Below are positions 39,710 to 49,194 of a stretch of 64,000 nt of DNA, piece by piece; position 1 is the first letter of the stretch; every line of letters starts with the position of its first letter. The stretch is taken from the NCBI RefSeq assembly GCF_018780385.1, contig NZ_JADMJO010000025.1, forward strand, positions 9,994 through 73,993, read 5' to 3'. The stretch comes from Hydrogenophaga sp. (GTDB lineage Bacteria; Pseudomonadota; Gammaproteobacteria; Burkholderiales; Burkholderiaceae_C). A model generated the notes under the pieces. The model was not told where the DNA came from. It saw nothing but the letters and a program-made list of their open reading frames with translations, and did no database searches. Made by a program: the position numbers and the translations under genes.

Positions 39710-40813
39710 TCAGGTGCTTGCGACCCCCTTTTTTGCCATGAAGTCTTCCAGCGCCTTAACCAATACTGTGCGCATCTCTGGCATCTCAGACTCGGTGAGG
39801 CCCGCGAGCGTGAGTTCGATCTTTCCCTTGCGGGTGAACATCTTGATTTGCCCTTTGTGGGCGCCGAAGGCCAAGGGATGAACAGTGCTGCGATCACGCG
39901 ACTTTGGTCCGTCGAGCTTCGACTTCACCAAGGCGACGATCTGCGCTTTGTTGAGCTTGCGCCGCTTCACCTCCTCAATCACCTCAAAAGCGAGTTCTTG
40001 CCTTTGCTCCTGTTGAGCCCCGTCCATGTTTTCATCGAACATGGTGGCGATGGCATACAGGGCCGCGGCCGTGGAGGTCTCCTCGGAGCCCACCATGGCA
40101 CGCTGGAGCTTCTCGGGCATGCGGGCCATCCTGAGGTACTGGCTGACCGTTCCCTCGGAAAGGCGCCCTCCTCCAGGCGCTTCCACCTTCTCGATGAGCT
40201 CGCGCTGGGACGACACGGCACCTTCCTTGAGCAGCGTGTGCAGGCTCAAAGCGAAATCGAGAGCACCCGTGTCGGAACGCTGCTCGTTGAGTTCTCGCGC
40301 GCGGCGAAACAGGTCTAGCTTGTCTCTGGGCGCTCGTTCGATCTTCACGTCCAGGTAAGACCGGTCCGTGATCTTGGCCGCCCTAAAGCGGGTACCACCG
40401 TCGATGAGCTTGATGCGGCCTTCCTCCACGTAGCCATGTGCCGCGACGTCCTGTCCGTTCGGGAGCGTTTTGGCAATTTTGTCAATTTCCTCCCCGGTGT
40501 AGATCTGGCGTGGGCTCACCGGGTTGGTGTCGATCAAGTAGAGTGGAACCCGCACGATCTCGTCTGGCAAACAGGCGTTGAGATCGAACGGTACCGCTTT
40601 GGTCACGACAGGAGCGCGGGGAAGGGTGGCACGTGCGGGCTCCATGACCAAATCTGCAAGAGGAATCGACATCGGCCCAGCTAGCCCATTCGGCTGGATC
40701 TTGGTGATTGCTTCAGCCGCAGCGAACTTGTCCACCGCCGCTGAGCTAGCGGCCTGCTGGTGTGCCTGCATGGCTTGTACGTTGTCGAGCTTGACTTTGC
40801 GAACTGGCTTCAT
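39710..40813 (-). CDS. parB: ParB/RepB/Spo0J-family partition protein
   Basis: NPVSPRQIY, LIDGGTRFRA (Box II-like), HTH SQRELI...VSQYL. Confidence 0.88.
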   Translation of the reverse strand: MKPVRKVKLDNVQAMQAHQQAASSAAVDKFAAAEAITKIQPNGLAGPMSIPLADLVMEPARATLPRAPVVTKAVPFDLNACLPDEIVRVPLYLIDTNPVSPRQIYTGEEIDKIAKTLPNGQDVAAHGYVEEGRIKLIDGGTRFRAAKITDRSYLDVKIERAPRDKLDLFRRARELNEQRSDTGALDFALSLHTLLKEGAVSSQRELIEKVEAPGGGRLSEGTVSQYLRMARMPEKLQRAMVGSEETSTAAALYAIATMFDENMDGAQQEQRQELAFEVIEEVKRRKLNKAQIVALVKSKLDGPKSRDRSTVHPLAFGAHKGQIKMFTRKGKIELTLAGLTESEMPEMRTVLVKALEDFMAKKGVAST

Positions 40814-40817
40814 GGCA

Positions 40818-41516
40818 TCAGACCTTTCTCTCGGCTGGAATCTTGAGGAGTTTGGCTACAGCGTCTGCCAGTGCGTCGATCTCGGCTATCGCGTCCTTGG
40901 CGTTTGGCATGGAGTGCACGGTGGCGCCGTAGAGCATCGAACGAGTGAAGGCGACGCGGTCGCTGAGCACCTGCTTCAGTGGTGGGTAGTCGGGAAAGTT
41001 CTTGTCGTTCGCGATGGCTTCGAACGCAGCCTTTTCGTCTGCACGGTTCCGACGGAACGCGGTCGCCACGGTCCGCACCGGATAGTCCAGGCCGCTGGTC
41101 TGTTTAGCCTTCTTGGCAAGCCCAAGGGCTGCAGGGAGTGCGTCTGTATCTGCCGGGCTGAGTTTGGTCGGGATGAGAGCGAGGTCGCTGACCAGGAGCG
41201 ATGCCCAGGTTCCCGGTTGGTCTACTGCTGGCGCGCAATCAACGAATATCAAGTCGTATTTACCCGCCAACTTCCCTAGTTCGGCGGCGGTGTTGTCTTT
41301 GTATCGAAAGCCACTCCACAGCGTTGCTGGGAAGTTCTTTCCTCCCATCCGACCGAGCCAAGATGCTGCTGTTTGCTGTGCGTCCAGATCGGCTACTAGT
41401 ACGTCATAACCGCGATGGCCGAACGTACCAGCAAGTTGGCAGGTGGTGGTGGTCTTGCCGACCCCACCTTTTTGATTGAACAACGTGACGATTTTACCGA
41501 ACGGAGTTTTGCCCAT
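40818..41516 (-). CDS. parA: ParA Walker-type partition ATPase
   Basis: NQKGGVGKTT, ADLDAQ, FVDCAP. Confidence 0.92.
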   Translation of the reverse strand: MGKTPFGKIVTLFNQKGGVGKTTTTCQLAGTFGHRGYDVLVADLDAQQTAASWLGRMGGKNFPATLWSGFRYKDNTAAELGKLAGKYDLIFVDCAPAVDQPGTWASLLVSDLALIPTKLSPADTDALPAALGLAKKAKQTSGLDYPVRTVATAFRRNRADEKAAFEAIANDKNFPDYPPLKQVLSDRVAFTRSMLYGATVHSMPNAKDAIAEIDALADAVAKLLKIPAERKV

Positions 41517-41777
41517 AGAAATTCCTTAATGACGGGTGAATTGTCTATTATTTTTCACACAACTTGCAAGAGATTCAAGAATGCCCATTGATCTTTTTTC
41601 GCGATTTTTGCAACTACGTGCCTGGTTGCTGTGGAGTGCGAGATATGAGCCCAAGCACCGTTTTCGTGAGAGATGCCCCAGCACCTATGCCTTACGCCCG
41701 AAATAGCGTCTTAGCCCTGTGGCGCAGTGTTGAAAACGGAGCTTTATGGCGACTGAACCTGCGCCCACTTCTGCAAA

Positions 41778-42010
41778 CTTTTCCCGGGAAAAGCACGGAC
41801 GGAGGGGGTAAGGGGGCAAATTCGAGCTTCTTTGAGTGGCGGGCTGGGGACTTTTCCCGGGAAAAGTTCGCACTTGCGAAGGATCGGTCTCGCGGGTTAG
41901 TGGTGATGGGCGTCCATAAGGGCGACTTTTTCCGAGGAACTTTTACTTCGAATGGCTTCTCCATCCGCGATCCGAGGCGCTTCATTGTGTGGACTTTTCC
42001 CGGGAAAAGT
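41778..42010. repeat. parS-like palindromes (A)CTTTTCCCGGGAAAAG(T)
   Basis: perfect copies at 41778-41793, 41850-41867, 41993-42010; degenerate copy near 41925; just upstream of parA. Confidence 0.8.
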
Positions 42011-42035
42011 TTTTCAGACTTGGGCCGTTTGAGAC

Positions 42036-44447
42036 CTAGCGCCCCAGTGGGTTGACCTTCCGCAATGCCTTCACCATGACCGAAATGTCCTGCTTCAGGT
42101 ATGCCCCAGTAGTTGCGATGGAGGCGTGCCCCAGGGCCTTCTGTGCGTAGTTGAGGCCCGCACCATCGGGATTACGGAGGAGAACTTCCTTGGCGAACGT
42201 GTGCCTCATCCAATGTGTGCTGAATGTGAGCCGCCGGTGCGCTAATTTGGAGTCTCCGTCGAGGCGACGAATTTCGATCTGCAGTCGCGCGACCTCTTGC
42301 GCATCCCCTCGTTTCGAGGCGCGGTCCAACGACGCTTTGATCGCCTTATATTCCCGCCTCAGTGCCGTAATGTCGCGCCGTGCTGCAGTTCGGAAGAACT
42401 GTTTGAGCGTTTTGTAGATGCCGTGCTTGCCAAGTCCGAGCGGTATTTTCCCGATGTTTTGTGGTGTACTGCTCGTATTAGCGGCGAATCCGGTCAATGT
42501 TGCGATCAATGGGCGTTCGATACGAAAGGCGACTAAACGGGGGGAGTTGGCGCCCTCGGCTTTCTCGATGAGTTGTTCAACATCGCGATGGTGTGCTTCG
42601 ATCAGATCCTTGATCACTGCTGGGATGTAGATCGTGCGCGCCTTATTTCCTTTGCCGATGACCTGCAAAGCAAACTCGCCAACTGCTGCCTTGCCGTCTA
42701 CGTGGGCGGCGAACATCCTCGAAACGCTACTGGTTGCCACTTCTTCCAGACGCATTCCCGTCCGAAGCAGTGTCTCAATCAGCAACTCGACTCGCCGCGT
42801 GCGTGCCTGCATCAGGGTCGGGCAGGGCGGTGTGGCGCCGTCCGTCCCCTCGACCTTAGACGCGCTTTGCTTGCGACGATCCAGCAGCTGATTTACCCAG
42901 GCCAGATCTCCCTCATCGAGCGAGCGAGAGGTGTCCATTGCTCTGTCCACGACAGCCTGTGACTTCAAGCTGGAGAATGGATTGCCTGTGAGATAGGCGT
43001 TCGTCAGCAGCGCTTGGTACATCAGCTTGATCACCGTGAGCGCGTACGCTTGGCTCTTTGCGCTCAGCTGGCCACGCCACGGTTTCCAGCGCGGATCATC
43101 CCGAGTAACACGGTCAGCGCAGATAAGTTCGTCAGGGATTTTTTTGAGGAAGATCTGGTAAGCCTGGGCATGGCCAATGGCCACGCTGGACACCGCTACG
43201 TGCGCTATCGAGTAGCACCAAATCAGGAAGCGCTCAGCTTCGCGCCGGTACGCCTCGAACGTCCTCATCTTGTCGGCCACAAGAAATGACCGAAGCCACA
43301 CGGTGATGGCATCGAGGTCGGTCCTTGCTTCGAATAGATTTGGACCTCGTACGCGGAACAAACCATCCTGCCCATCGAGCCGAGCGGGCACCTGCAGAAG
43401 TTCGAGGGGGGCGATGTCCAGGGCGGTTCCATGCGCTGCGGGCAGGGCGAGCGCACCACCTGGCTCAGGCATGAGGTCCAGCAGGCACTCGCTGGCCCGC
43501 TTCAGAGGCACCAGCGCGCTTTTGAGTGGGGCGTAGGGTGACCACGAAGGTCCGGTGCATTGAATTCGCCCAAGCGAATCCGCGTGTTCAGTGAGCCAGG
43601 CCTGCAGTCGTGCTGCCCGAACAGGGCCCAGACGCGGAACCTTCCTGTGCCAATTGCGCCCCGCACCTTCGATGAACTGCACGAGCTGGCGCAGCGTCGT
43701 GATCTGCATCTGCGCCAGCGCAGTGGTGAGCGATCCCGCCAGCCAGACCGATATAGCCGCATCCGGTTGCGGACGGTAGGCCAGGATCGTCTGGAGCTCG
43801 TTGATGGCCTTGACCTTGCGGTCAATGATCACTGCTCGGTTGACCTCGGAGGAGAGCGCCGCTCGAATCTCAATCCCGTTGTCCAGAAGGTACTCTTGGA
43901 AGCGCTCAGGAAGCTCGGCCTCACCGTAATAGTCGGCCGAAGGAAGGCTGTTGAACCAAGTCTCGTAGATCTCATTGAGGTCGCGCTTGTCGGCCTCCGC
44001 GCCTTCAGCCGGTATGGACTCCGCGAGCACCGAGGCTGCCAGCTGCAGGCGCTTGTCCTCGGAGGCCTGTGCGGTGGCGAGGATGCGTTGTTCCAGGTCA
44101 TCGTACGTCGCCTTGAGAGTCGCCCCGTGGGGAACGAGCGGGGCACCCTGCGAGTTAAAGTGGACGTTTGCGTAGAAGCGGGCGTATGCAGCGCTCGTTG
44201 ACATACCGTTGACCACGCCACGCACGAAAGAGAAATCTTCGACAGTCAGCTCATCCAGATCGGCAAACGTCGGTACCCGGTAGCCACGCTGTCGGCCTCG
44301 GGGAAGCTTGGGTGGCGAAGGGAGGAGGGGGGTGACGATTTTGCGAGGCCGTCCACGCCCCCGCTTGGCGACGGGGGCCTCACACGCCGGCGGAGCCGGA
44401 ACTGTTGACAGGGCATCGGCATTTTTTTGCGTGGGCTCATGCTGCAT
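42036..44447 (-). CDS. large tyrosine recombinase, probable plasmid multimer resolvase (DUF3701-type N-terminus)
   Basis: GMRLEE, GKGNK, HWMRH, LGHASIATTGAY; N-terminal KRGRGRPRK. Confidence 0.88.
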   Translation of the reverse strand: MQHEPTQKNADALSTVPAPPACEAPVAKRGRGRPRKIVTPLLPSPPKLPRGRQRGYRVPTFADLDELTVEDFSFVRGVVNGMSTSAAYARFYANVHFNSQGAPLVPHGATLKATYDDLEQRILATAQASEDKRLQLAASVLAESIPAEGAEADKRDLNEIYETWFNSLPSADYYGEAELPERFQEYLLDNGIEIRAALSSEVNRAVIIDRKVKAINELQTILAYRPQPDAAISVWLAGSLTTALAQMQITTLRQLVQFIEGAGRNWHRKVPRLGPVRAARLQAWLTEHADSLGRIQCTGPSWSPYAPLKSALVPLKRASECLLDLMPEPGGALALPAAHGTALDIAPLELLQVPARLDGQDGLFRVRGPNLFEARTDLDAITVWLRSFLVADKMRTFEAYRREAERFLIWCYSIAHVAVSSVAIGHAQAYQIFLKKIPDELICADRVTRDDPRWKPWRGQLSAKSQAYALTVIKLMYQALLTNAYLTGNPFSSLKSQAVVDRAMDTSRSLDEGDLAWVNQLLDRRKQSASKVEGTDGATPPCPTLMQARTRRVELLIETLLRTGMRLEEVATSSVSRMFAAHVDGKAAVGEFALQVIGKGNKARTIYIPAVIKDLIEAHHRDVEQLIEKAEGANSPRLVAFRIERPLIATLTGFAANTSSTPQNIGKIPLGLGKHGIYKTLKQFFRTAARRDITALRREYKAIKASLDRASKRGDAQEVARLQIEIRRLDGDSKLAHRRLTFSTHWMRHTFAKEVLLRNPDGAGLNYAQKALGHASIATTGAYLKQDISVMVKALRKVNPLGR

Positions 44448-44598
44448 GGAACTTGCGGAGGGCGCTCGGTGGGGCGTTGGTGGTTCAGCTCTCGCACGCG
44501 AACCTTGAAGCTCCGGACGCACCGTGTGGACCCGCTTCTGAGGTTGGGATCGGGAAAGGCAAGTGGTTGATTTTCAAAGCGTTTTCGGGAAAATATGT

Positions 44599-44682
44599 AA
44601 TGATTCTCATTCAAAAACAGAGTTCTACGCGGAATCGATATTTTGTTGAGTTTAATTTTACGGCATCCTAATACTAGTTAGG
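44599..44682. promoter_or_regulatory. AT-rich site with Fur-box-like AATGATTCTCATT and CCTAA-N6-TTAGG dyad
   Basis: dyads at 44599-44611 and 44667-44682 upstream of the recombinase; function inferred. Confidence 0.3.
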
Positions 44683-44977
44683 CAGACGTGATTTTTAAAA
44701 AACGGAAAAAAGCCGGACAAGTAAAGTTGTAAGAGCCCAGCCCGCGCCAAGGTGGAAGCAGTGCGCGCGGCGGCAGTTGCGGAAAGCCACTCATCCTTCT
44801 CTTCCGCGTCACTGCGCTTTCTCCTTGCGCAAATGATTCCATATTATGAAAAGCCCGCCACTCTTCCGGCAGTCATCATTCGAACTCTCCGGGACCTCGG
44901 CATTGGGTTGCCAGGGGAGTTGAGTTGCAACGAGCAGTGTTGAAGGGGTGCTAGCGGAGACGCCGCCGGTGGCCGCT

Positions 44978-45118
44978 CGCTACCGCTTCCGCTCCCCATA
45001 CTACGTTGTGGACCGACTGTTCGGCGCGGCCGAACTGCGGCTGGGCGGCGACCAGGCGCAGGTGGTGCGCATCGAGCGCACGGATGGAGTCGGGGCGGGC
45101 GCCACGCGGAGGAACTGA
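44978..45118 (+). pseudogene. trbG: 3' remnant of P-type conjugative transfer gene trbG
   Basis: RYRFRSPYYVVDRLFGAAELRLGGDQAQVVRIERTD; directly precedes trbI. Confidence 0.75.
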
Positions 45119-45120
45119 AC

Positions 45121-46365
45121 ATGAGAACATCCCCCGATGCAGCGCCAGCGTCTGCCGCGAAGGTCGAACCCGAATCCGTAGCCATGCGCGCTTCGCCTCG
45201 CCCTGCCACGCGCTTGAACCGCCGTGTGCTGGCTCTCGGTGCCGGCGTCCTGGCCGCCGCCGTGCTCAGCGGCACCCTGTGGTCGCTGCAGTCGAACAAG
45301 CGCCAGCGCAATCCCGCCACCGAGCTGTACAACGTCGATCGCGTCTCACGCGCCGAGAACCTGGACCAGTTGCCGAAGGACTATGCGGGTATTCCGCCCG
45401 CCGTGAAGCATGGGCCGCCAGTGTTGGGCGAGCCGCTGCCCGGCGACCTGGGTCCGGCTATCGTCAAGGCGCAGCAGCCGATGGAGACGCGGCCGCCGGG
45501 CGGTGGCGTCGATCCGGCGCAGGCCGAGCGGCTGGCGGCTGAAGAGGCGGCCCGGTCGTCTGTGTTTTTCCGAAGCGGTGCGAGCGGCGGAGGACTGAAG
45601 CCGGGCGCCGCGCAGACCATCGTTGATCCTCCGGCATTGGCTTCAGGCAATCAGCCGTTCAACCCGATGGGGCTCACTGCTCCCCCAGCGCAGCCGGCCG
45701 ATCCAACGGCCATGCAGAACCGGCAGGATCAGAAGGATGCGTTCATCGCCAAGGCTGGCGACACCTCGACGCGCAATCCCGGCAGCTTGCAGTTGCCGGC
45801 GTCACCGTACCAGGTGATGGCAGGCACCATCATCGCGGCGGCATTGGTGACGGGGATCAACTCCGACCTGCCTGGGCAAGTCATCGCCAACGTGTCGGAA
45901 GCGGTTTACGACACCGCCACGGGCCGCCATCTGCTGATCCCGCAGGGCTCGCGCCTGATCGGCCGTTACGACAGCCAGGTGGCCTTCGGCCAGCGGCGTG
46001 TGCTGCTGGTGTGGCCGCGGTTGATCCTGCCCGACACGTCGTCGGTGGCGCTGGATCGTTTGCCCGGCGTCGATTGGCATTGGGATCGCATCCTGGCCGG
46101 CGCTGCGCTGTCCACGCTGCTGGGGATCGGCGCAGAGCTAGCGGCACCGGAGAGTCGCACCGATGGCAGCCGTGTCGTCATCGCCGGGCGTGAGAGCGCG
46201 CAAGAGACGGTGAACCAAGTCGGGCAGGAGATCACGAAGCGCAACATGAGCATCCAGCCAACGCTGACGGTCCGTCCGGGCTTCCCGATGCGGGTGATGG
46301 TCAGCAAAGACTTGGTGCTGAGACCGTATCAGCCCCTGTTCTTCCAGCGGGGATCGTCGCAATGA
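45121..46365 (+). CDS. trbI: TrbI/VirB10 (Tn4371-type), probably with a short in-frame deletion
   Basis: AGTIIAAALVTGINSDLPG, LIPQGSRLIG, DWHWDR, PTLTVRPG. Confidence 0.85.
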   Translation: MRTSPDAAPASAAKVEPESVAMRASPRPATRLNRRVLALGAGVLAAAVLSGTLWSLQSNKRQRNPATELYNVDRVSRAENLDQLPKDYAGIPPAVKHGPPVLGEPLPGDLGPAIVKAQQPMETRPPGGGVDPAQAERLAAEEAARSSVFFRSGASGGGLKPGAAQTIVDPPALASGNQPFNPMGLTAPPAQPADPTAMQNRQDQKDAFIAKAGDTSTRNPGSLQLPASPYQVMAGTIIAAALVTGINSDLPGQVIANVSEAVYDTATGRHLLIPQGSRLIGRYDSQVAFGQRRVLLVWPRLILPDTSSVALDRLPGVDWHWDRILAGAALSTLLGIGAELAAPESRTDGSRVVIAGRESAQETVNQVGQEITKRNMSIQPTLTVRPGFPMRVMVSKDLVLRPYQPLFFQRGSSQ

Positions 46366-46619
46366 GCACAAACAAGCTGCGGTTGGGACCTTTGCCGAAG
46401 GCCCAGAGCGTCAAGATCACAGTTACCCTGCCGGCTGAATTGATGCAGAGCCTTGAGCGGTACGCGCAATTGCACAGCCAGGCGCATGGCGTGCCGGTCA
46501 ATGCGGTTGCATTGATTCCGCACATGCTTGCTGCATTCATTGCGCGTGACCGCGAGTTCCTCAAGCGTAGCCGCAAGAGCGACACCCTGTCGGCACCGCC
46601 GCCTCCACCAAGCACCTGA
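46362..46619 (+). CDS. DUF2274-family protein
   Basis: KLRLGPLPK...LIPHMLAAFIARDREF; standard position after trbI. Confidence 0.8.
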   Translation: MSTNKLRLGPLPKAQSVKITVTLPAELMQSLERYAQLHSQAHGVPVNAVALIPHMLAAFIARDREFLKRSRKSDTLSAPPPPPST

Positions 46620-46732
46620 ATGCTTCGGCGTTCCGACCTCGATCAGCGTTGCCGACCAACAACTCTGCCGCATCTCCGTTGGAGTGAAAACTTCATGCTA
46701 GTGAGCCCACGGATCCAGGCTCATGCCACTTA

Positions 46733-47950
46733 TCAGAACCAACGTGCAAGAACGGGGAGAAAGGCTACAGCCCAATCTCGTGCTGGAGGCGTGAGTTTGA
46801 GATAAATCACATGCGAAAGCAGGAGCCCTCCGACGACAAATGCGTCGATGACCCAAAGGATTACCCGTTGCGTGAAAGCGCGTTTTGACAGGTAGTTGAA
46901 TGTTCCGGTAAAGGAGTCTGCAACGGCGGCGAATTCTTTCTTGAGTTGCCGTTTCTGCCGATCAATCTCATCCCGCAGAACCGCCAGCGTATGCGACTGG
47001 TTATGCAGCAAGAAGATCATCAGAATGGCAAATACCCAACAACCAAGCAGAACCGCCGTATTGACCCAAAACTCGTAGCCAACTGCCTTGGCGTCTTTCA
47101 TCTGGGTTGCCACGATGATCGTGGCAACCGGGATTCCGAGCAGTTGGTTTTGTATCTCCGAGAAAACCTTATGGATCTTCCCGCTGTATTCCACCCTCGC
47201 TGCTTCGACTTGGTCTCTGACCTTCTCGTATGAGAATCCTGCTGCAAACAACTGGTATCCCTGCTCGAACTTCTTCTTGAGCTCGCCTGCGTTAGCCAGT
47301 AGGTGCCCAAACCGCTGTGCACCTGACAGATGTTCGGTGATAGAGATCACAGCCTCCGCGAGGATCGACGCGCACTGTTTCTCATGTGTGCCAGATGGAA
47401 TGAGATCCAGAATTTCCCGCACTACAGGAAGAGACATTTTTCTCAGGTCATCCGCGCCGTATTCAATGGGCAGTTCGAACTTACCGTCCTTGATGAAAAT
47501 GAGTGCTGGTTCGTCAACGTCCAGAAACGCAGCCGATCGTTTTAGCGTTTGAATAAAACGGAGCACCGTGCGGTAACGTGCCACAACATGATCTTCCGCG
47601 ACGAGATCGTTGCTGGAAATTCCCTCGGCCATCAAGAAGAACGATGGCTCTTTGATACGCGCTTTGCGAGCCCCAGAAAGCAGATCGCCGACATCATTTT
47701 TGAGCACACCAAAGCCAAGCCGGGGCGAAACCGAAATTTCAACCGATTGCCCGACGGCTAATGTGGATGGATCCTCTTCGTTGGCAAGCAAAAGATGCGC
47801 ATCGTGTGGCGCATCAATGCACGCCTTGAGCGCGGCGAGATCCGATGCTGTGCTGATCGAGAAGGTTCCACGAACAGGAGGCCCGTCTTGCCGATTGGCA
47901 AGACCCCGAACAACCTGGGTCAGGTCGTCCCAGGTTGCCTCAGTCGCCAT
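46733..47950 (-). CDS. unknown protein with C-terminal coiled-coil and ~3 TM helices
   Basis: hydrophobic LLGIPVATIIV, WVNTAVLLGCWVFAILMIFLL, VILWVIDAFVVGGLLL; 11-bp overlap with upstream gene. Confidence 0.75.
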   Translation of the reverse strand: MATEATWDDLTQVVRGLANRQDGPPVRGTFSISTASDLAALKACIDAPHDAHLLLANEEDPSTLAVGQSVEISVSPRLGFGVLKNDVGDLLSGARKARIKEPSFFLMAEGISSNDLVAEDHVVARYRTVLRFIQTLKRSAAFLDVDEPALIFIKDGKFELPIEYGADDLRKMSLPVVREILDLIPSGTHEKQCASILAEAVISITEHLSGAQRFGHLLANAGELKKKFEQGYQLFAAGFSYEKVRDQVEAARVEYSGKIHKVFSEIQNQLLGIPVATIIVATQMKDAKAVGYEFWVNTAVLLGCWVFAILMIFLLHNQSHTLAVLRDEIDRQKRQLKKEFAAVADSFTGTFNYLSKRAFTQRVILWVIDAFVVGGLLLSHVIYLKLTPPARDWAVAFLPVLARWF

Positions 47951-48962
47951 CTTTTATCTCACGGTCCAACTCTGCCTTCAGTCCATCAGGCAGCTTTAGC
48001 AAGGTTAATTCACCCTTCTTCTGGTTGTAATGCGCATAGCCTTGCGATAGAGCGTGGCGATCAATATCCACGGCCCAGTAGTCGGTTTTGTACTTCATTC
48101 GCATCAAGGCTTTGATACTGCGGCCGTCCGGCACAAAACCGTCCGATATCTGCACGCCATCTTCGACGAAAGCGTCTTGCAGCTTCTTGGGTTCGTTTGG
48201 CCACGCGACATTCGAAAGGGCTTCCAGACTCAACGGCTCGTCGTTCTTGTTGCGCTCCTCACAATAGCTGAAAGCTGACTGCAGAAAATCTTCTTCGGCT
48301 TTCTGATCCAGCCCTTGGCCTTTTGCGAACTTCTTCAGGGCGCTGACTAATTTCTTGGTTTCTTCCGTGTCGGCGATCAGTTCATTGCAACCGAGAAAGA
48401 CCTTGAAGTAGTCTGCTATCTCGCCACGCTGCTTGAGGAAGCCGACATAGCGGATGTCTTCATCCGCTTTCTCCCAGTCGGTGAGATTGACGCGGCCCGC
48501 GACGCGCAGGTTGCTGAGATCAACGTGCATTGCATCTACGACCTCAAGGGTTTCATCGTTAATGACGCTCCCATCCACATTGTTGATGATGGCGACTAGA
48601 AACCAAGTCACATGGGCTGCATTGGTCACCTGTGCCATGAGGACATAACCGCCTGTTGCGAGCGGCACGCCCCCCGCTTTGGCCGAAAGAACGCTCAACA
48701 GCAGCTTTGACGCTTCTAGGAAACCGGTGCTTTTCTCGATGAATGTTTTTCTCAAAATAGCGGAGGAGGGATAGTTAACCTCATCAGCCTCGAAGCGCCC
48801 ATATCCTTTGCTGGCCTTGCCCGCATAGAGGTCATGAATCGCCAGGATCAATTTCTTTACGGGATCAGTAACCTTGAGCGCGGCTTTTCTTTCGACGACC
48901 GTTGCTTTGCCATGCTTTTCCTTGACCAACTTGTGGACGATGACGTTGTTAACAGTGTCCAA
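47940..48962 (-). CDS. nucleoid-associated protein, NdpA/YejK (NA37) family
   Basis: TTG start after GGAGGAG; VIVHKLVKE, GGYVL, RVAGRVNL, YVGFLK, ADYFKVFLGC. Confidence 0.75.
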   Translation of the reverse strand: MDTVNNVIVHKLVKEKHGKATVVERKAALKVTDPVKKLILAIHDLYAGKASKGYGRFEADEVNYPSSAILRKTFIEKSTGFLEASKLLLSVLSAKAGGVPLATGGYVLMAQVTNAAHVTWFLVAIINNVDGSVINDETLEVVDAMHVDLSNLRVAGRVNLTDWEKADEDIRYVGFLKQRGEIADYFKVFLGCNELIADTEETKKLVSALKKFAKGQGLDQKAEEDFLQSAFSYCEERNKNDEPLSLEALSNVAWPNEPKKLQDAFVEDGVQISDGFVPDGRSIKALMRMKYKTDYWAVDIDRHALSQGYAHYNQKKGELTLLKLPDGLKAELDREIKDGD

Positions 48963-49194
48963 GAAAATCTCCTCCGGTGTGCGGCTATATCCGCTGTTGT
49001 TATCTGACCCTGCATTGTTACATCTGTTGACGATCCTGTCCGTTCGGGTTGTTCCGTGCAAGGTGCATCGCGCCCAGAGTTCAAAGTTTCCTTCATCCGG
49101 GCATTGGCCACCCCAAGGACGCACACCGGATCCGTCAAGCAACTGATGCTTCGGCCGTCCCGACCTTCGATATGGCTGTGCTACCGTCCTTGTT

